24,000 bases of DNA from Corticicoccus populi. Its GTDB lineage: Bacteria > Bacillota > Bacilli > Staphylococcales > Salinicoccaceae. The notes below the pieces were generated by a model. It saw only the letters and a program-made list of their open reading frames with translations, was not told the origin of the DNA and ran no database searches. Position 1 is the first letter of the stretch; each line of letters begins with the position of its first letter. Shown here in pieces: positions 15,523 through 23,997 of this stretch. The stretch covers positions 1,435,775 through 1,459,774 of the forward strand of contig NZ_JBHUOQ010000001.1 of the NCBI RefSeq assembly GCF_042686195.1, given 5' to 3'. A program made the position numbers and the translations under genes.

Positions 15523-16413
15523 TTAACCGCCGCTCTTTAAATTTTCCAGGCTGTCATCATATTCCTGATTTAATTTTTCATAAGTTTCTTTCATCGGCAG
15601 GATATTCTGCAGCTGCGTTTCCTGAAGCACATTATTATAAAGAATCGTCTGTTTCCGTTCTTCATAATATTGTTTAAAACCGTAATACATATCAAGCGTA
15701 ATACTTCTGACCCTGACTGACCCTTGAGATTCCAGGAACATTTCATTCAATGTATTGATATGTTCATCAATTAAAGGAAGCAGCACTTCATCGATATGGT
15801 CCCTTTTTTCTTCAAGAGAAGCATCACTCTGAAGTATCTGCGACTGCTGCTCGAGCTCTGTTGTATTTTCATTCACCTGATCAATAATATGATCAATTTC
15901 TTCCTGCTCCTGATCACCTGCAGCATTCTCTATAACTTCATTCCGTTCTTCCTGATTGGACATAAACGACTGACTCAACTCGACTAACTGCGCACTCGAT
16001 ACCAGTGAATTCTGATACGTTGTTAAATATTCATGCAGTGCCTCTGTAAAATCAATTTTCACATCCACATTCTCTTTAAAGGTGCCAAACACTTGGTTTA
16101 ATTCTTCATTATCCACCTTCACATCGGATAAACTGCTCTCAAGATCTTCTATCTCCGGTAAAATTTCATTCTCCAACTGCTCAATACGGGGATCTAAATC
16201 TTCTGCCTCTAAAGTATTATCCATATCATTTATCGATTCCTGCAGTGCTTCAAGATCCAGACTGTCAATTTGTGTCTGAATTGTACTGTCAAGCTCGTGT
16301 ATATCTTCCATTTCCTGTTCGTAACTTTCAATTTCACCTGCTAAATCATTATTGCAGCCAAACAGCATTATACATACTGCCGCAAGCAGGAAGGCGTTTA
16401 TTTTACTTCTCAA
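15523..16413 (-). CDS. Highly acidic coiled-coil lipoprotein (possibly YkyA-like cell-wall-associated lipoprotein)
   Basis: Signal peptide with lipobox (AAVCIMLFGCNN), followed by a long D/E/Q/L-rich, heptad-like sequence. The YkyA assignment rests only on architecture and is weak. Confidence 0.75.
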   Translation of the reverse strand: MRSKINAFLLAAVCIMLFGCNNDLAGEIESYEQEMEDIHELDSTIQTQIDSLDLEALQESINDMDNTLEAEDLDPRIEQLENEILPEIEDLESSLSDVKVDNEELNQVFGTFKENVDVKIDFTEALHEYLTTYQNSLVSSAQLVELSQSFMSNQEERNEVIENAAGDQEQEEIDHIIDQVNENTTELEQQSQILQSDASLEEKRDHIDEVLLPLIDEHINTLNEMFLESQGSVRVRSITLDMYYGFKQYYEERKQTILYNNVLQETQLQNILPMKETYEKLNQEYDDSLENLKSGG

Positions 16414-16563
16414 ATCGCCACGTCCTTTTTAATAGGGAGATTAAATTTCTAGTAAGAATATATCACACATCAATTTTTCCAACAAACAGAGGGTTCCTGT
16501 TTCAATATATTGAAGAGTACTTTATACTAGTATAATAGAATTAATTGTGAAAGGAAAATTGAA

Positions 16564-17478
16564 GTGAACATAAAACAAACAGTAACTGATTTAAACCATT
16601 TACTTAATCACTCAACTATTAAAACTAATGAACCTCTAAATAAATATACTTACACTGAAACAGGCGGACCTGCAGATCTTTACATCACAGTCCATGACAT
16701 TGATGATGCTGCTGCCGTAATAAAATACTGTCATGAAAACCACGTTCCCGTCACTTATCTCGGGAACGGCTCCAACATTATTATCCGTGACGGCGGAATT
16801 AGAGGTGTTGTATTGAATGTACTTGAACTCAATACAATGTCTGAGGAAAACAACATCATTTCAGCAGGCAGCGGCTGCCCTATTATTGATGTATCACGCT
16901 ATGCGAAAGAACTGTCTTTAACAGGTCTCGAATTCGCATGCGGTATCCCGGGCTCTGTCGGCGGAGCGATTTATATGAATGCCGGGGCATACGGCGGAGA
17001 AGTCAAAGACTGCCTATTGGACGTTACAGTAATTGATACTTCCGGAAACATATTCACATTGACCACCGACGAACTTGAACTTGACTACCGTAAGAGCGCC
17101 ATTCAGGAAAATGATTATGTCGTCGTCGAAGCAAGATTTAAAATGGAACACGGCAGTATAGAAGAAATCACTGCCATGATGGATGATTTAACCAACCGCC
17201 GTGAGTCAAAGCAGCCGTTGGAATATCCTTCATGCGGCAGTGTCTTCCAGCGCCCGCCCGGAAATTTTGCCGGAAAATTGATTCAGGATGCCGGGCTTCA
17301 GGGCTACCGGGTCGGCGGTGTTGAAGTTTCAAAAAAGCATGCCGGCTTTATGGTAAATGTTGACCGGGGTACAGCAAGTGATTATGAAACACTCATTTCA
17401 CATGTACAGGATGTGATATTTGAGAAATTTAATGTTCATCTGAACCGGGAAGTCCGTATTATCGGCGAATCCTTATAA
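16564..17478 (+). CDS. murB: UDP-N-acetylenolpyruvoylglucosamine reductase MurB
   Basis: 304 aa with a GTG start. Blocks [79 protein letters not shown] and HAGFMVN closely resemble Staphylococcus MurB. Confidence 0.96.
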   Translation: MNIKQTVTDLNHLLNHSTIKTNEPLNKYTYTETGGPADLYITVHDIDDAAAVIKYCHENHVPVTYLGNGSNIIIRDGGIRGVVLNVLELNTMSEENNIISAGSGCPIIDVSRYAKELSLTGLEFACGIPGSVGGAIYMNAGAYGGEVKDCLLDVTVIDTSGNIFTLTTDELELDYRKSAIQENDYVVVEARFKMEHGSIEEITAMMDDLTNRRESKQPLEYPSCGSVFQRPPGNFAGKLIQDAGLQGYRVGGVEVSKKHAGFMVNVDRGTASDYETLISHVQDVIFEKFNVHLNREVRIIGESL

Positions 17479-17511
17479 GATATCTTTTATACTCAAACAG
17501 TGTAATAAAAA

Positions 17512-17547
17512 ACGCAGAAATTCTTATTCAGAATTTCTGCGTTTTTT
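17512..17547 (+). terminator. Intrinsic terminator after murB
   Basis: ACGCAGAAATTC-ttattca-GAATTTCTGCGT (12-bp stem) followed by TTTTTT. Confidence 0.9.
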
Positions 17548-17604
17548 AAACTTCCGCTCTGTTTAATATGTACTAAAGCCTGTATTCGAGGACTGATATC
17601 CATC

Positions 17605-17630
17605 AAAAAACCCATCCGTGTACGGATGGG
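17605..17630 (-). terminator. Intrinsic terminator after the siderophore-binding lipoprotein gene
   Basis: The reverse strand reads CCCATCCGT-aca-CGGATGGG followed by TTTTTT. It lies 26 nt after the stop at 17656. Confidence 0.85.
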
Positions 17631-17655
17631 TTCATTTTTATATTATCAATCACAT

Positions 17656-18711
17656 TTACTCGGCCGCATTATCAACAGCTGTTTGAATTTCATCAAGCTG
17701 TGACATTGCAGTACCGTAACCGCCGGCATTTAAATACCATGTTGTCGGGTTCAGTTCTGTAATATTGCCATTACTCACTGCATCTACGTTCGCAGTGACA
17801 TCATTCTCAAGAATACTTGTGGAAGTCGCATCTCCCTCACTGACAGCAGCACCGCGGTCCATCACAAGAATCATACCAGGGTTCGTTTCAGCGATGAATT
17901 CGAAGCTGATCTGATTTCCGTGGTTGCTTGTTTCTTCTTCGCCTTCACCTTCCTGCTCACCTGCTGATGTGAATCCAAGTTCTTCATATAAGAAACCGTA
18001 ACGTCCGCCCGGACCGTGGAATGAAATATCCCCGCCGTTTGTCTGGATAAACAGCATTGTTTCATCAAGTCCCTGAACGTTTGAAGATACTTCTTCAAGT
18101 TTATTATCCATTTCATCTACTAATTCCTGTGCCTTATCTTCTACATCAAACAACTCTCCAAGAAAAAGTGTATTTGCTTTAACATCTTCGAAATAGTTGT
18201 TACTGTCTGCTGACACATTGATAATTGCTGCGTTCGGTGCTGCACTTTCCAGTTCGCCGATGATTTCGGAATTTGACTGGCGTCCGTGAAGCATAATCAC
18301 TTCAGGCTGAATTTCAGCAATCGCTTCATAATCGGGCTCAAACAGTCCGCCTAAATTTTGATACTGATCAGATTCAAACACTTCGAGTTCGTCTGACAGT
18401 GTGCTGTTATTCTCACCTTTAGGAAGTCCTGCGATACTTTCTTCAATACCGAGTGCCGGGAAAGTCGTTGCTACACCGAGATCAAAAATAACGACGTTCT
18501 CAGGGTTTTTAGGCAGCTCAATTGTTTCATCCACTTCTGTCTCATCGCCGTCTTCACCACGCGGCGGTCCGATAGTAAATTGATTATGATAGCTTACTGT
18601 TTCTTCATCACCCTCTGCTCCGCTGTCAGCCTCTTCTTCGTTGTTACCGCATGCAGCTGTTATCAGCATCAATGATGCTGCCATTAATAAGTATAATTTT
18701 TTAAAATTCAT
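17656..18711 (-). CDS. sstD: Iron-siderophore ABC transporter substrate-binding lipoprotein (cluster A-2 PBP; SstD/YclQ/CeuE-like)
   Basis: Lipobox LITAAC followed by an acidic linker. PBP type 2 blocks include LPKNPENVVIFDLG, LPKGE, PEVIMLHGR and NPGMILVMDRG. It is the last gene of a permease-permease-ATPase-SBP operon next to murB, as I recall for S. aureus sstABCD. The symbol rests on synteny. Confidence 0.85.
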   Translation of the reverse strand: MNFKKLYLLMAASLMLITAACGNNEEEADSGAEGDEETVSYHNQFTIGPPRGEDGDETEVDETIELPKNPENVVIFDLGVATTFPALGIEESIAGLPKGENNSTLSDELEVFESDQYQNLGGLFEPDYEAIAEIQPEVIMLHGRQSNSEIIGELESAAPNAAIINVSADSNNYFEDVKANTLFLGELFDVEDKAQELVDEMDNKLEEVSSNVQGLDETMLFIQTNGGDISFHGPGGRYGFLYEELGFTSAGEQEGEGEEETSNHGNQISFEFIAETNPGMILVMDRGAAVSEGDATSTSILENDVTANVDAVSNGNITELNPTTWYLNAGGYGTAMSQLDEIQTAVDNAAE

Positions 18712-18812
18712 GCCACTACCTCTTTCTGATATGTTTGTTTCCGGTCCTGCCTGATTTACTGCATCATGAAAGTTTCTCCAGAATACACGTACATCACGCA
18801 GGCCGGATAATT

Positions 18813-19622
18813 TTATATTTTTTCCTGTTCCTCAACAAAATCATCAACCGTTGCACCTTCATGATTGTCAAAATACACACAAATCTGATGCCCCATGATG
18901 CACTCAATATTAATATCCATCTCATAAATATCTTCAAGAATATCTTTTCTGATGACTTCATTTTTGGTACCGCTGACTGCAATTTCACCGTCTTTTAAAG
19001 CGACGATATTATCAGAGTAGCAGGACGCAAAATTAATGTCGTGAATCACGATAATGATTGTTTTATTTCTTTCTCTGACGAGCCTTCTGAGAATCTGCAT
19101 AATCTGAACAGAATGCTTCATATCCAGATTATTCAATGGCTCATCAAGAAAAATATACTCTGTGTCCTGGGCAATTGTCATCGCAATATATGCCCGTTGT
19201 CTCTGACCGCCTGACAATGCGTCTATGTGACGATCTTCAAATTCCTCAAGCTCCATATAGGCAATTGCCTCATCCACAATTTTATGGTCTTTCTTTTTCA
19301 ACCGTCCTTTTGTATATGGATAGCGGCCGAAGTTGACAAGTTCTCTTACTGTAATCTTCAAATCCAGATGATTGGATTGTTTTAATATAGAGATTTTCTT
19401 TGCCAGTGCGTTATCAGGCTGTGTAAAGATATTTTCACCTTCTAATAAAACATCTCCGTTATCTCTGTCCAAAAGACGGGTCACCATAGAAAGTACAGTA
19501 CTTTTACCTGCACCGTTCGGCCCGATTAAAGATGTGATTTTCCCTTTGGCAATTTCAAGAGATACATCATTCACCACTTTTTTACTGCCGTAGGACTTCG
19601 TAATTCCTTTTACACTAATCAT
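18813..19622 (-). CDS. sstC: Iron-siderophore ABC transporter ATP-binding protein
   Basis: 269 aa with Walker A GPNGAGKST, signature LSGGQRQR, Walker B IFLDEPLNNLD and the H-loop VIHD. It overlaps the upstream permease gene by 4 nt. Confidence 0.92.
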   Translation of the reverse strand: MISVKGITKSYGSKKVVNDVSLEIAKGKITSLIGPNGAGKSTVLSMVTRLLDRDNGDVLLEGENIFTQPDNALAKKISILKQSNHLDLKITVRELVNFGRYPYTKGRLKKKDHKIVDEAIAYMELEEFEDRHIDALSGGQRQRAYIAMTIAQDTEYIFLDEPLNNLDMKHSVQIMQILRRLVRERNKTIIIVIHDINFASCYSDNIVALKDGEIAVSGTKNEVIRKDILEDIYEMDINIECIMGHQICVYFDNHEGATVDDFVEEQEKI

Positions 19623-20578
19623 GCCCTGTTCCTCCTTAACATTAAGTAGATAAAGTAGATACCGCCGACTAAGTTGATAATGACACTTAATTCTATATTA
19701 TTATTAAAAACAAACTGAACAACCATCTGTCCGGTTATAAGTGTAATAATGCTCACAAATATTGTGCCGAGTATCAAATAAAAATGCTTATACGTCTGAA
19801 ACAATTCATGTGCAATATTTGCAACAAGCAGTCCGAGAAACATAATCGGACCGACAAGCGCAGTAGATGCCGATACCAGCACCGCAATAATAATGAGTAG
19901 AATTGATACTTTCCGGTCATAATTTACACCGAGATTTAAAGCGCCGTCACGGCCGAGCGCCATGACATCAAGTGATGAGTAGTCCATAAAAATAATAATC
20001 AGCATAATACCGATAATCACCGCTGTGATTACAAGAAGATTTTCATTGATTGAATTAAATGAACCGAATAAAGCACTCTGCAGTATTGAGAAATCCTCAG
20101 GGCTGATTAAGATCTGCATGAAGGTTGATAAGTTACCAAACAAAGTACCGAGGACAATACCAATCAGAAGAAGTATAAAAACATTATTATTTGTAAATTT
20201 GAATAAATATTTAAATACCACGACGGTGAACAGCACAAGAATTCCCATACTGAGGAAATAATTATACTGGCTGTTCAAGAGCAGCGGTGAGCTGACACCT
20301 GCTACAAACAAAATCGTTGTCTGTATAAATACATAGACAGAATCGAGCCCCATAATTGAAGGCGTTAAAATTCTATTCTTTACGATCGTCTGGAATATAA
20401 CCGTCGATACCGCAATCGCCACACCGACAATAATAATTCCGGATACACGTTTTATCCTCGATGGAATCTGATAGAAATAAATATCCGGATTTAAATCGTA
20501 GAGGAGATAGAATGCAATTGCACCGGCACTTAAAACGGCAAGCAGAATCAGCATTTTATTTTTTGTCATCTTAAGCAT
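19619..20578 (-). CDS. sstB: Iron-siderophore ABC transporter permease (FecCD family)
   Basis: A 319-aa polytopic membrane protein with FecCD-type topology and conserved blocks (ILTPSIMGLDS, GPIMFLGLLVANIA). It overlaps the first permease gene by 8 nt. Confidence 0.9.
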   Translation of the reverse strand: MLKMTKNKMLILLAVLSAGAIAFYLLYDLNPDIYFYQIPSRIKRVSGIIIVGVAIAVSTVIFQTIVKNRILTPSIMGLDSVYVFIQTTILFVAGVSSPLLLNSQYNYFLSMGILVLFTVVVFKYLFKFTNNNVFILLLIGIVLGTLFGNLSTFMQILISPEDFSILQSALFGSFNSINENLLVITAVIIGIMLIIIFMDYSSLDVMALGRDGALNLGVNYDRKVSILLIIIAVLVSASTALVGPIMFLGLLVANIAHELFQTYKHFYLILGTIFVSIITLITGQMVVQFVFNNNIELSVIINLVGGIYFIYLMLRRNRA

Positions 20579-21536
20579 GCTTTACCCTCCTGAAAATCAT
20601 GATCAGAAAGATAATACTGCCGATTGTCGCAATCATCAGACCCACCGACAACTCATAGGGATAAATGATGACACGGCCGAGCACATCACATATCATCACA
20701 AATAATGCACCGAGAACGGCTGTCAGATAAATTGTACTTCGCAGATGGTCACCTCTGAATATTGAAACAATATTCGGCACAATCAAACCGAGGAACGGCA
20801 GCATGCCGACTGTAACCACAACGAGCGCTGTGACGGATGCTGTAAGAAATAAACCGATATTCACTACTTTTCTGTAGTTTAATCCCAAATTCTTTGAGAA
20901 ATCCTCTCCCATACCTGCAACAGTAAACTGATGCGCATAAAAGAGTGCGATGATAAAAAGCGGTACACTTATGTATAAAATCTCATAACGTCCTGAAATA
21001 AGTGTTGAAAAGTTTCCGTGCATCCATCCGCTGATTGCCTGCAGCGTATTTGTTCTTAAAGCGATAAATGTTGAAATACTTGCGACAACACCACCGAGCA
21101 TCAATCCGATTAACGGGACAAATACGATATCTTTAAACTTTATTCTGTTAATAATCTGCATAAAAAGAAATGTTCCGGCAATTGCAAGTGCTGTAGCAAA
21201 GGCAAGCCTTCCCATAAGAGTCACTGCCGGGAAGAGCACAATTCCAATTAAAACACCAAGCTGTGCCCATTCTGTTGTTCCTGCTGTTGTCGGGGAAACA
21301 AATTTATTACGCGTCAGCTGCTGCATAATCAGACCACATACACTGAGTGATGCTCCTGCAATAATGATGGATATTGTCCTCGGCAGACGGCTTGACAGAA
21401 GAATATTTTGTTGATGTTCCGTTAAATTAAATATATCTCTTAATTCCAGCTGTGTAACGCCGACAAACATGGAAATAACAGACATAATAATAAGGCCGGT
21501 TAAAAGTATGTCCAGCCTGAAAAGCTTCCTTGCCAT
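20571..21536 (-). CDS. sstA: Iron-siderophore ABC transporter permease (FecCD family)
   Basis: A 321-aa polytopic membrane protein (SRLPRTISIIIAGASLSVCGLIMQQLTRNKFVSPTTAGT; LPFLGLIVPNIV). It is the first gene of the operon, downstream of the Fur box. Confidence 0.9.
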   Translation of the reverse strand: MARKLFRLDILLTGLIIMSVISMFVGVTQLELRDIFNLTEHQQNILLSSRLPRTISIIIAGASLSVCGLIMQQLTRNKFVSPTTAGTTEWAQLGVLIGIVLFPAVTLMGRLAFATALAIAGTFLFMQIINRIKFKDIVFVPLIGLMLGGVVASISTFIALRTNTLQAISGWMHGNFSTLISGRYEILYISVPLFIIALFYAHQFTVAGMGEDFSKNLGLNYRKVVNIGLFLTASVTALVVVTVGMLPFLGLIVPNIVSIFRGDHLRSTIYLTAVLGALFVMICDVLGRVIIYPYELSVGLMIATIGSIIFLIMIFRRVKHA

Positions 21537-21570
21537 TTTTCACAACCTAACTGATGTTCACCACATTGAC

Positions 21571-21589
21571 AATGATAATGATTATCATT
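21571..21589. promoter_or_regulatory. Fur box, perfect 19-bp palindrome AATGATAAT-G-ATTATCATT
   Basis: It contains the Bacillus 7-1-7 core TGATAATNATTATCA exactly. It also matches 16 consecutive nt of the classical GATAATGATAATCATTATC. It lies 35 nt upstream of the operon ATG, between the putative -10 and the RBS. Confidence 0.88.
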
Positions 21590-21604
21590 CATCGTACATA
21601 TTCC

Positions 21605-21632
21605 ATTATACCTTCTGCACAAGGTTTTTCAA
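21605..21632 (-). promoter_or_regulatory. Putative sigma-A promoter of the siderophore-uptake operon (-35 TTGAAA, 16-nt spacer, -10 TATAAT)
   Basis: The reverse strand reads ggTTGAAAaaccttgtgcagaaggTATAATggaat. The Fur box begins 16 nt downstream of the -10. Confidence 0.5.
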
Positions 21633-21665
21633 CCTGATTCAAAGAAAAAACACATGAAAATCATA

Positions 21666-21692
21666 GAAAAAGCGGTGCCCCAGGGCACCGCT
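21666..21692 (-). terminator. Intrinsic terminator after the YhdH-type oxidoreductase gene
   Basis: The reverse strand reads AGCGGTGCC-ctgg-GGCACCGCT followed by TTTTTCTATGATTTT. It lies 19 nt after the stop at 21711. Confidence 0.85.
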
Positions 21693-21710
21693 TCAATCTC
21701 ATTGATAATA

Positions 21711-22700
21711 TTAAATTTTGACAATGATACGCCCTCTGACTGTTCCTGTCAGTATTTTTTTCAATGCATCCGGCACGTCATCCATCACTATCTCTTCTGT
21801 AATTTCAGCAAATTTTTCAGGTTTCAAATCCGATGCAAGACGTTCCCACACCATCTTTCTTTCCTCCATAGGGCAGTACACGGAATCAATTCCAAGCAGA
21901 TTTACACTGCGCAGTATAAACGGAAACACAGTAGTCGGCACGCTTCCGCCGGCGGTCAATCCTGAAACTGCAACACTTCCCATATATTTAATCTGGCCGA
22001 GCAGTGCAGCAAGCGGCTCTCCGCCGACAGGATCCACTGCCGCCGCCCACTTCTCTTTATCCAGTGCCTTAACTTTTCCGTTGTAAACTGCTTCTCTTGA
22101 AATGATTCTTTCTGCACCGAGCATTTTTAAATAATCATGTTCAGACTGTTTACCTGTCGACGCTGCCACTTTATATCCCAAACCGCTGAGCATTGTTACA
22201 GCAAGGCTTCCGACACCGCCTGTTGCACCGGTGACTAACACTTCCCCGTCTTCTTTTCTTAAACCGTTTTTCTCTAAACGACTTATGGACAATGCTGCTG
22301 TAAAACCTGCGGTCCCGATAATCATGCTCTCTTTTAATGTTAACCCTTCAGGAAGAGGGACAATCCAGTCCGCCGGGATAGACGCATATTCACTGAATCC
22401 GCCGAAATGGGATACACCAATTTCATAGCTTGTCGCAATGACCGCATCTCCTGCCTTAAACCTCTCATCACCAGACTCCACCACCGTACCTGCAAGGTCA
22501 ATCCCTGGTATAAAAGGATATTGATTCACAATTTTCCCGTCCGCACTTGCTGCGAGCCCGTCTTTATAGTTTACACCTGTATATTCTACTTTAATCAGTA
22601 CATCACTTTTCGGCAGCGTCTCCCTGTCAATCTCTTTGACGGATGACTGCACAGAATCTCCTGTCTGTTCCACAATGACTGCTTTAAAACGTTTGTTCAT
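21711..22700 (-). CDS. Zinc-independent MDR-family NADPH:quinone/enoyl reductase (YhdH/YhfP/AcuI family)
   Basis: The track ORF starts at TTG 22739. The ATG at 22700 (MNKRFKAVIVEQTGD...) has an AGAGGAG SD 8 nt upstream and aligns with the YhdH N-terminus. Motifs include GVNYKDGLA, PFIPGIDLAGTV and VLVTGATGGVGSLAV. Confidence 0.9.
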   Translation of the reverse strand: MNKRFKAVIVEQTGDSVQSSVKEIDRETLPKSDVLIKVEYTGVNYKDGLAASADGKIVNQYPFIPGIDLAGTVVESGDERFKAGDAVIATSYEIGVSHFGGFSEYASIPADWIVPLPEGLTLKESMIIGTAGFTAALSISRLEKNGLRKEDGEVLVTGATGGVGSLAVTMLSGLGYKVAASTGKQSEHDYLKMLGAERIISREAVYNGKVKALDKEKWAAAVDPVGGEPLAALLGQIKYMGSVAVSGLTAGGSVPTTVFPFILRSVNLLGIDSVYCPMEERKMVWERLASDLKPEKFAEITEEIVMDDVPDALKKILTGTVRGRIIVKI

Positions 22701-22744
22701 TAATACCGCTCCTCTTCTGATTATTGATTCTTTCATCAATTTTA

Positions 22745-22797
22745 AAACACCCCTTCAAAAGACATCACTTATCTGTTGATGTTTCGAAGGGGTGTTT
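22745..22797 (-). terminator. Long imperfect hairpin after the SDR-like gene; weak terminator or attenuator
   Basis: The reverse strand reads AAACACCCCTTC...(inner ACATCA/TGATGT stem)...GAAGGGGTGTTT, followed by only T and then AAAATTG. The U-tract is short, and there is no obvious promoter between it and the downstream oxidoreductase gene, so read-through is likely. Confidence 0.5.
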
Positions 22798-22810
22798 ATT
22801 CACCGGAGAA

Positions 22811-23491
22811 TTAACTGATAATGATTGTCTCTCCGGTCGGTTTTTTTTCTTCTCCCGTCAGTATATCGAGAATCACACTGATTGCTTTCGGGTTGGAACG
22901 TTCAAATTTTTCTTCATCCTGCTTCACATTCGGCCGGTAGCTGAGCGCGTATACATCCACATCTTCTTTACTCATTTCAATTGCTGTGGAATGTGTCAAC
23001 GCTTCAATTGCACCTGTTGCGGTATAATATAAATTCCGTTCATATACATCTTCAAAAGACGGTTCAATTACGTTGATAATTTTTGCATCCGCTTCATCTT
23101 TAAGAAGCGGACGTAATGTCCGTGTTCCAAGATAAGTTCCCCACACATGCTCATACATGACTTCATTAAATTCTTCGAATGAAACTTCATAAATTGAGCG
23201 GTTCTCTGTGAAAATTGAATGGACTAATATAATACCTGACAAGCTGTCATAATCGTTTTGAATTTCTTCCAATACATTCAGCCAGTCAATTTCTTTTGAG
23301 GGCTGAAGCAGAACCACATTATGATTACCTTCCGTCGTTTCTTCAAGTTCTTTTAGAAGAGTATCAAGCTCTACATGGTCCAGACCTGAAAGAATTAAAT
23401 TCGCACCTTCTTCAGCCAGTGTTTTTGCTAAATCTCGACCAAGCAATGACGTGGCATTCGCTACGGTATAGGTTTTTCCTTTTAACTTCAT
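22811..23491 (-). CDS. SDR-fold (Rossmann) protein with degenerate cofactor-binding and catalytic motifs
   Basis: 226 aa. The N-terminus MKLKGKTYTVANATSLLGRDLAKTLAEEGANLIL aligns to the classical SDR KGKvalVTGassGIGraiA, but TGxxxGxG reads ANxxxLxG. NNAG reads VHSI. YxxxK reads Y156-T-A-T-G160. A GGGAGG SD precedes the ATG. Confidence 0.75.
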   Translation of the reverse strand: MKLKGKTYTVANATSLLGRDLAKTLAEEGANLILSGLDHVELDTLLKELEETTEGNHNVVLLQPSKEIDWLNVLEEIQNDYDSLSGIILVHSIFTENRSIYEVSFEEFNEVMYEHVWGTYLGTRTLRPLLKDEADAKIINVIEPSFEDVYERNLYYTATGAIEALTHSTAIEMSKEDVDVYALSYRPNVKQDEEKFERSNPKAISVILDILTGEEKKPTGETIIIS

Positions 23492-23577
23492 GGTAACCTC
23501 CCGGAATTCTACTTAATAACTTGATTATACTAGAGTATAGTACATGAAACACTCTAATAATGAATCATGTAGTTATT

Positions 23578-23997
23578 CTATTCTACAACAACATTCTCTT
23601 CCGGCATAGTATGAAGTTGAAATGCATCTACATGGGAAATGACTCTGAATTCCCCTTCAGATTCAAATGTGTATTCTATTGTGTAAAGACCATCCGCGCT
23701 GTGCTCCGCCTCAATCATATCCAGACTGTCTTCACCGGATAAAACCTCAAACATTACATGGTCGGCATCCTCCACATTTTCATCGTTTGATGTGACATGG
23801 GCAGTCAATTCCACAGTCTCTCCTTTAGAAACTGTTTCTAAAGGGACAGATAATTCAACATCCAATGATCTGACTTCATCTTCACTCGGTGCATCATGAT
23901 TACTTTCACCATGTCCCTCATGAGTATCTTCTGAATTACTGCATGCCGAAAGCAGTAATACGCTGAACAATGCTGTTAAAACAATTTTTTTATTCAC
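23578..23997 (-). CDS. Lipoprotein with a His-rich N-terminal stretch and a YtkA/FixH-like beta-sandwich domain
   Basis: Lipobox LLLSAC, then EDTHEGHGESNHDAPSED, then a C-terminal domain resembling YtkA-like lipoproteins (VELTAHVTSNDENVEDADHVMFEV...DGLYTIEYTFESEGEFRVISHV). The start is a GTG 3 nt from the window edge, so the upstream context cannot be seen. Confidence 0.7.
   Translation of the reverse strand: MNKKIVLTALFSVLLLSACSNSEDTHEGHGESNHDAPSEDEVRSLDVELSVPLETVSKGETVELTAHVTSNDENVEDADHVMFEVLSGEDSLDMIEAEHSADGLYTIEYTFESEGEFRVISHVDAFQLHTMPEENVVVE

Noticed and set aside
15513-15538. Hairpin AAAGAGC..GCTCTTT between the convergent small membrane protein gene and the lipoprotein gene, a possible bidirectional terminator.
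   Set aside because: The stem is interrupted, and it overlaps the last codons (KSGG-stop) of the lipoprotein gene. The downstream U-tract is poor (AAATTTT). It is too marginal to list as a feature.
16510-16536. Candidate murB promoter TTGAAG-N15-TATAAT.
   Set aside because: The -10 is perfect, but the 15-nt spacer is outside the usual 16-18 range and there is no TG extension. It probably marks the promoter region, but I cannot define the elements with confidence.
18741-18806. Long-range pairing CCGGCCTGC / GCAGGACCGG (9 bp with one bulge, about 47-nt loop) in the 100-nt gap between the ABC ATPase and binding-protein genes. It could be a processing or stabilising element that sets differential SBP expression.
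   Set aside because: The loop is large and I found no inner helix. There is no U-tract and no second Fur box. The thermodynamic support is too weak to call without folding software or transcript-end data.
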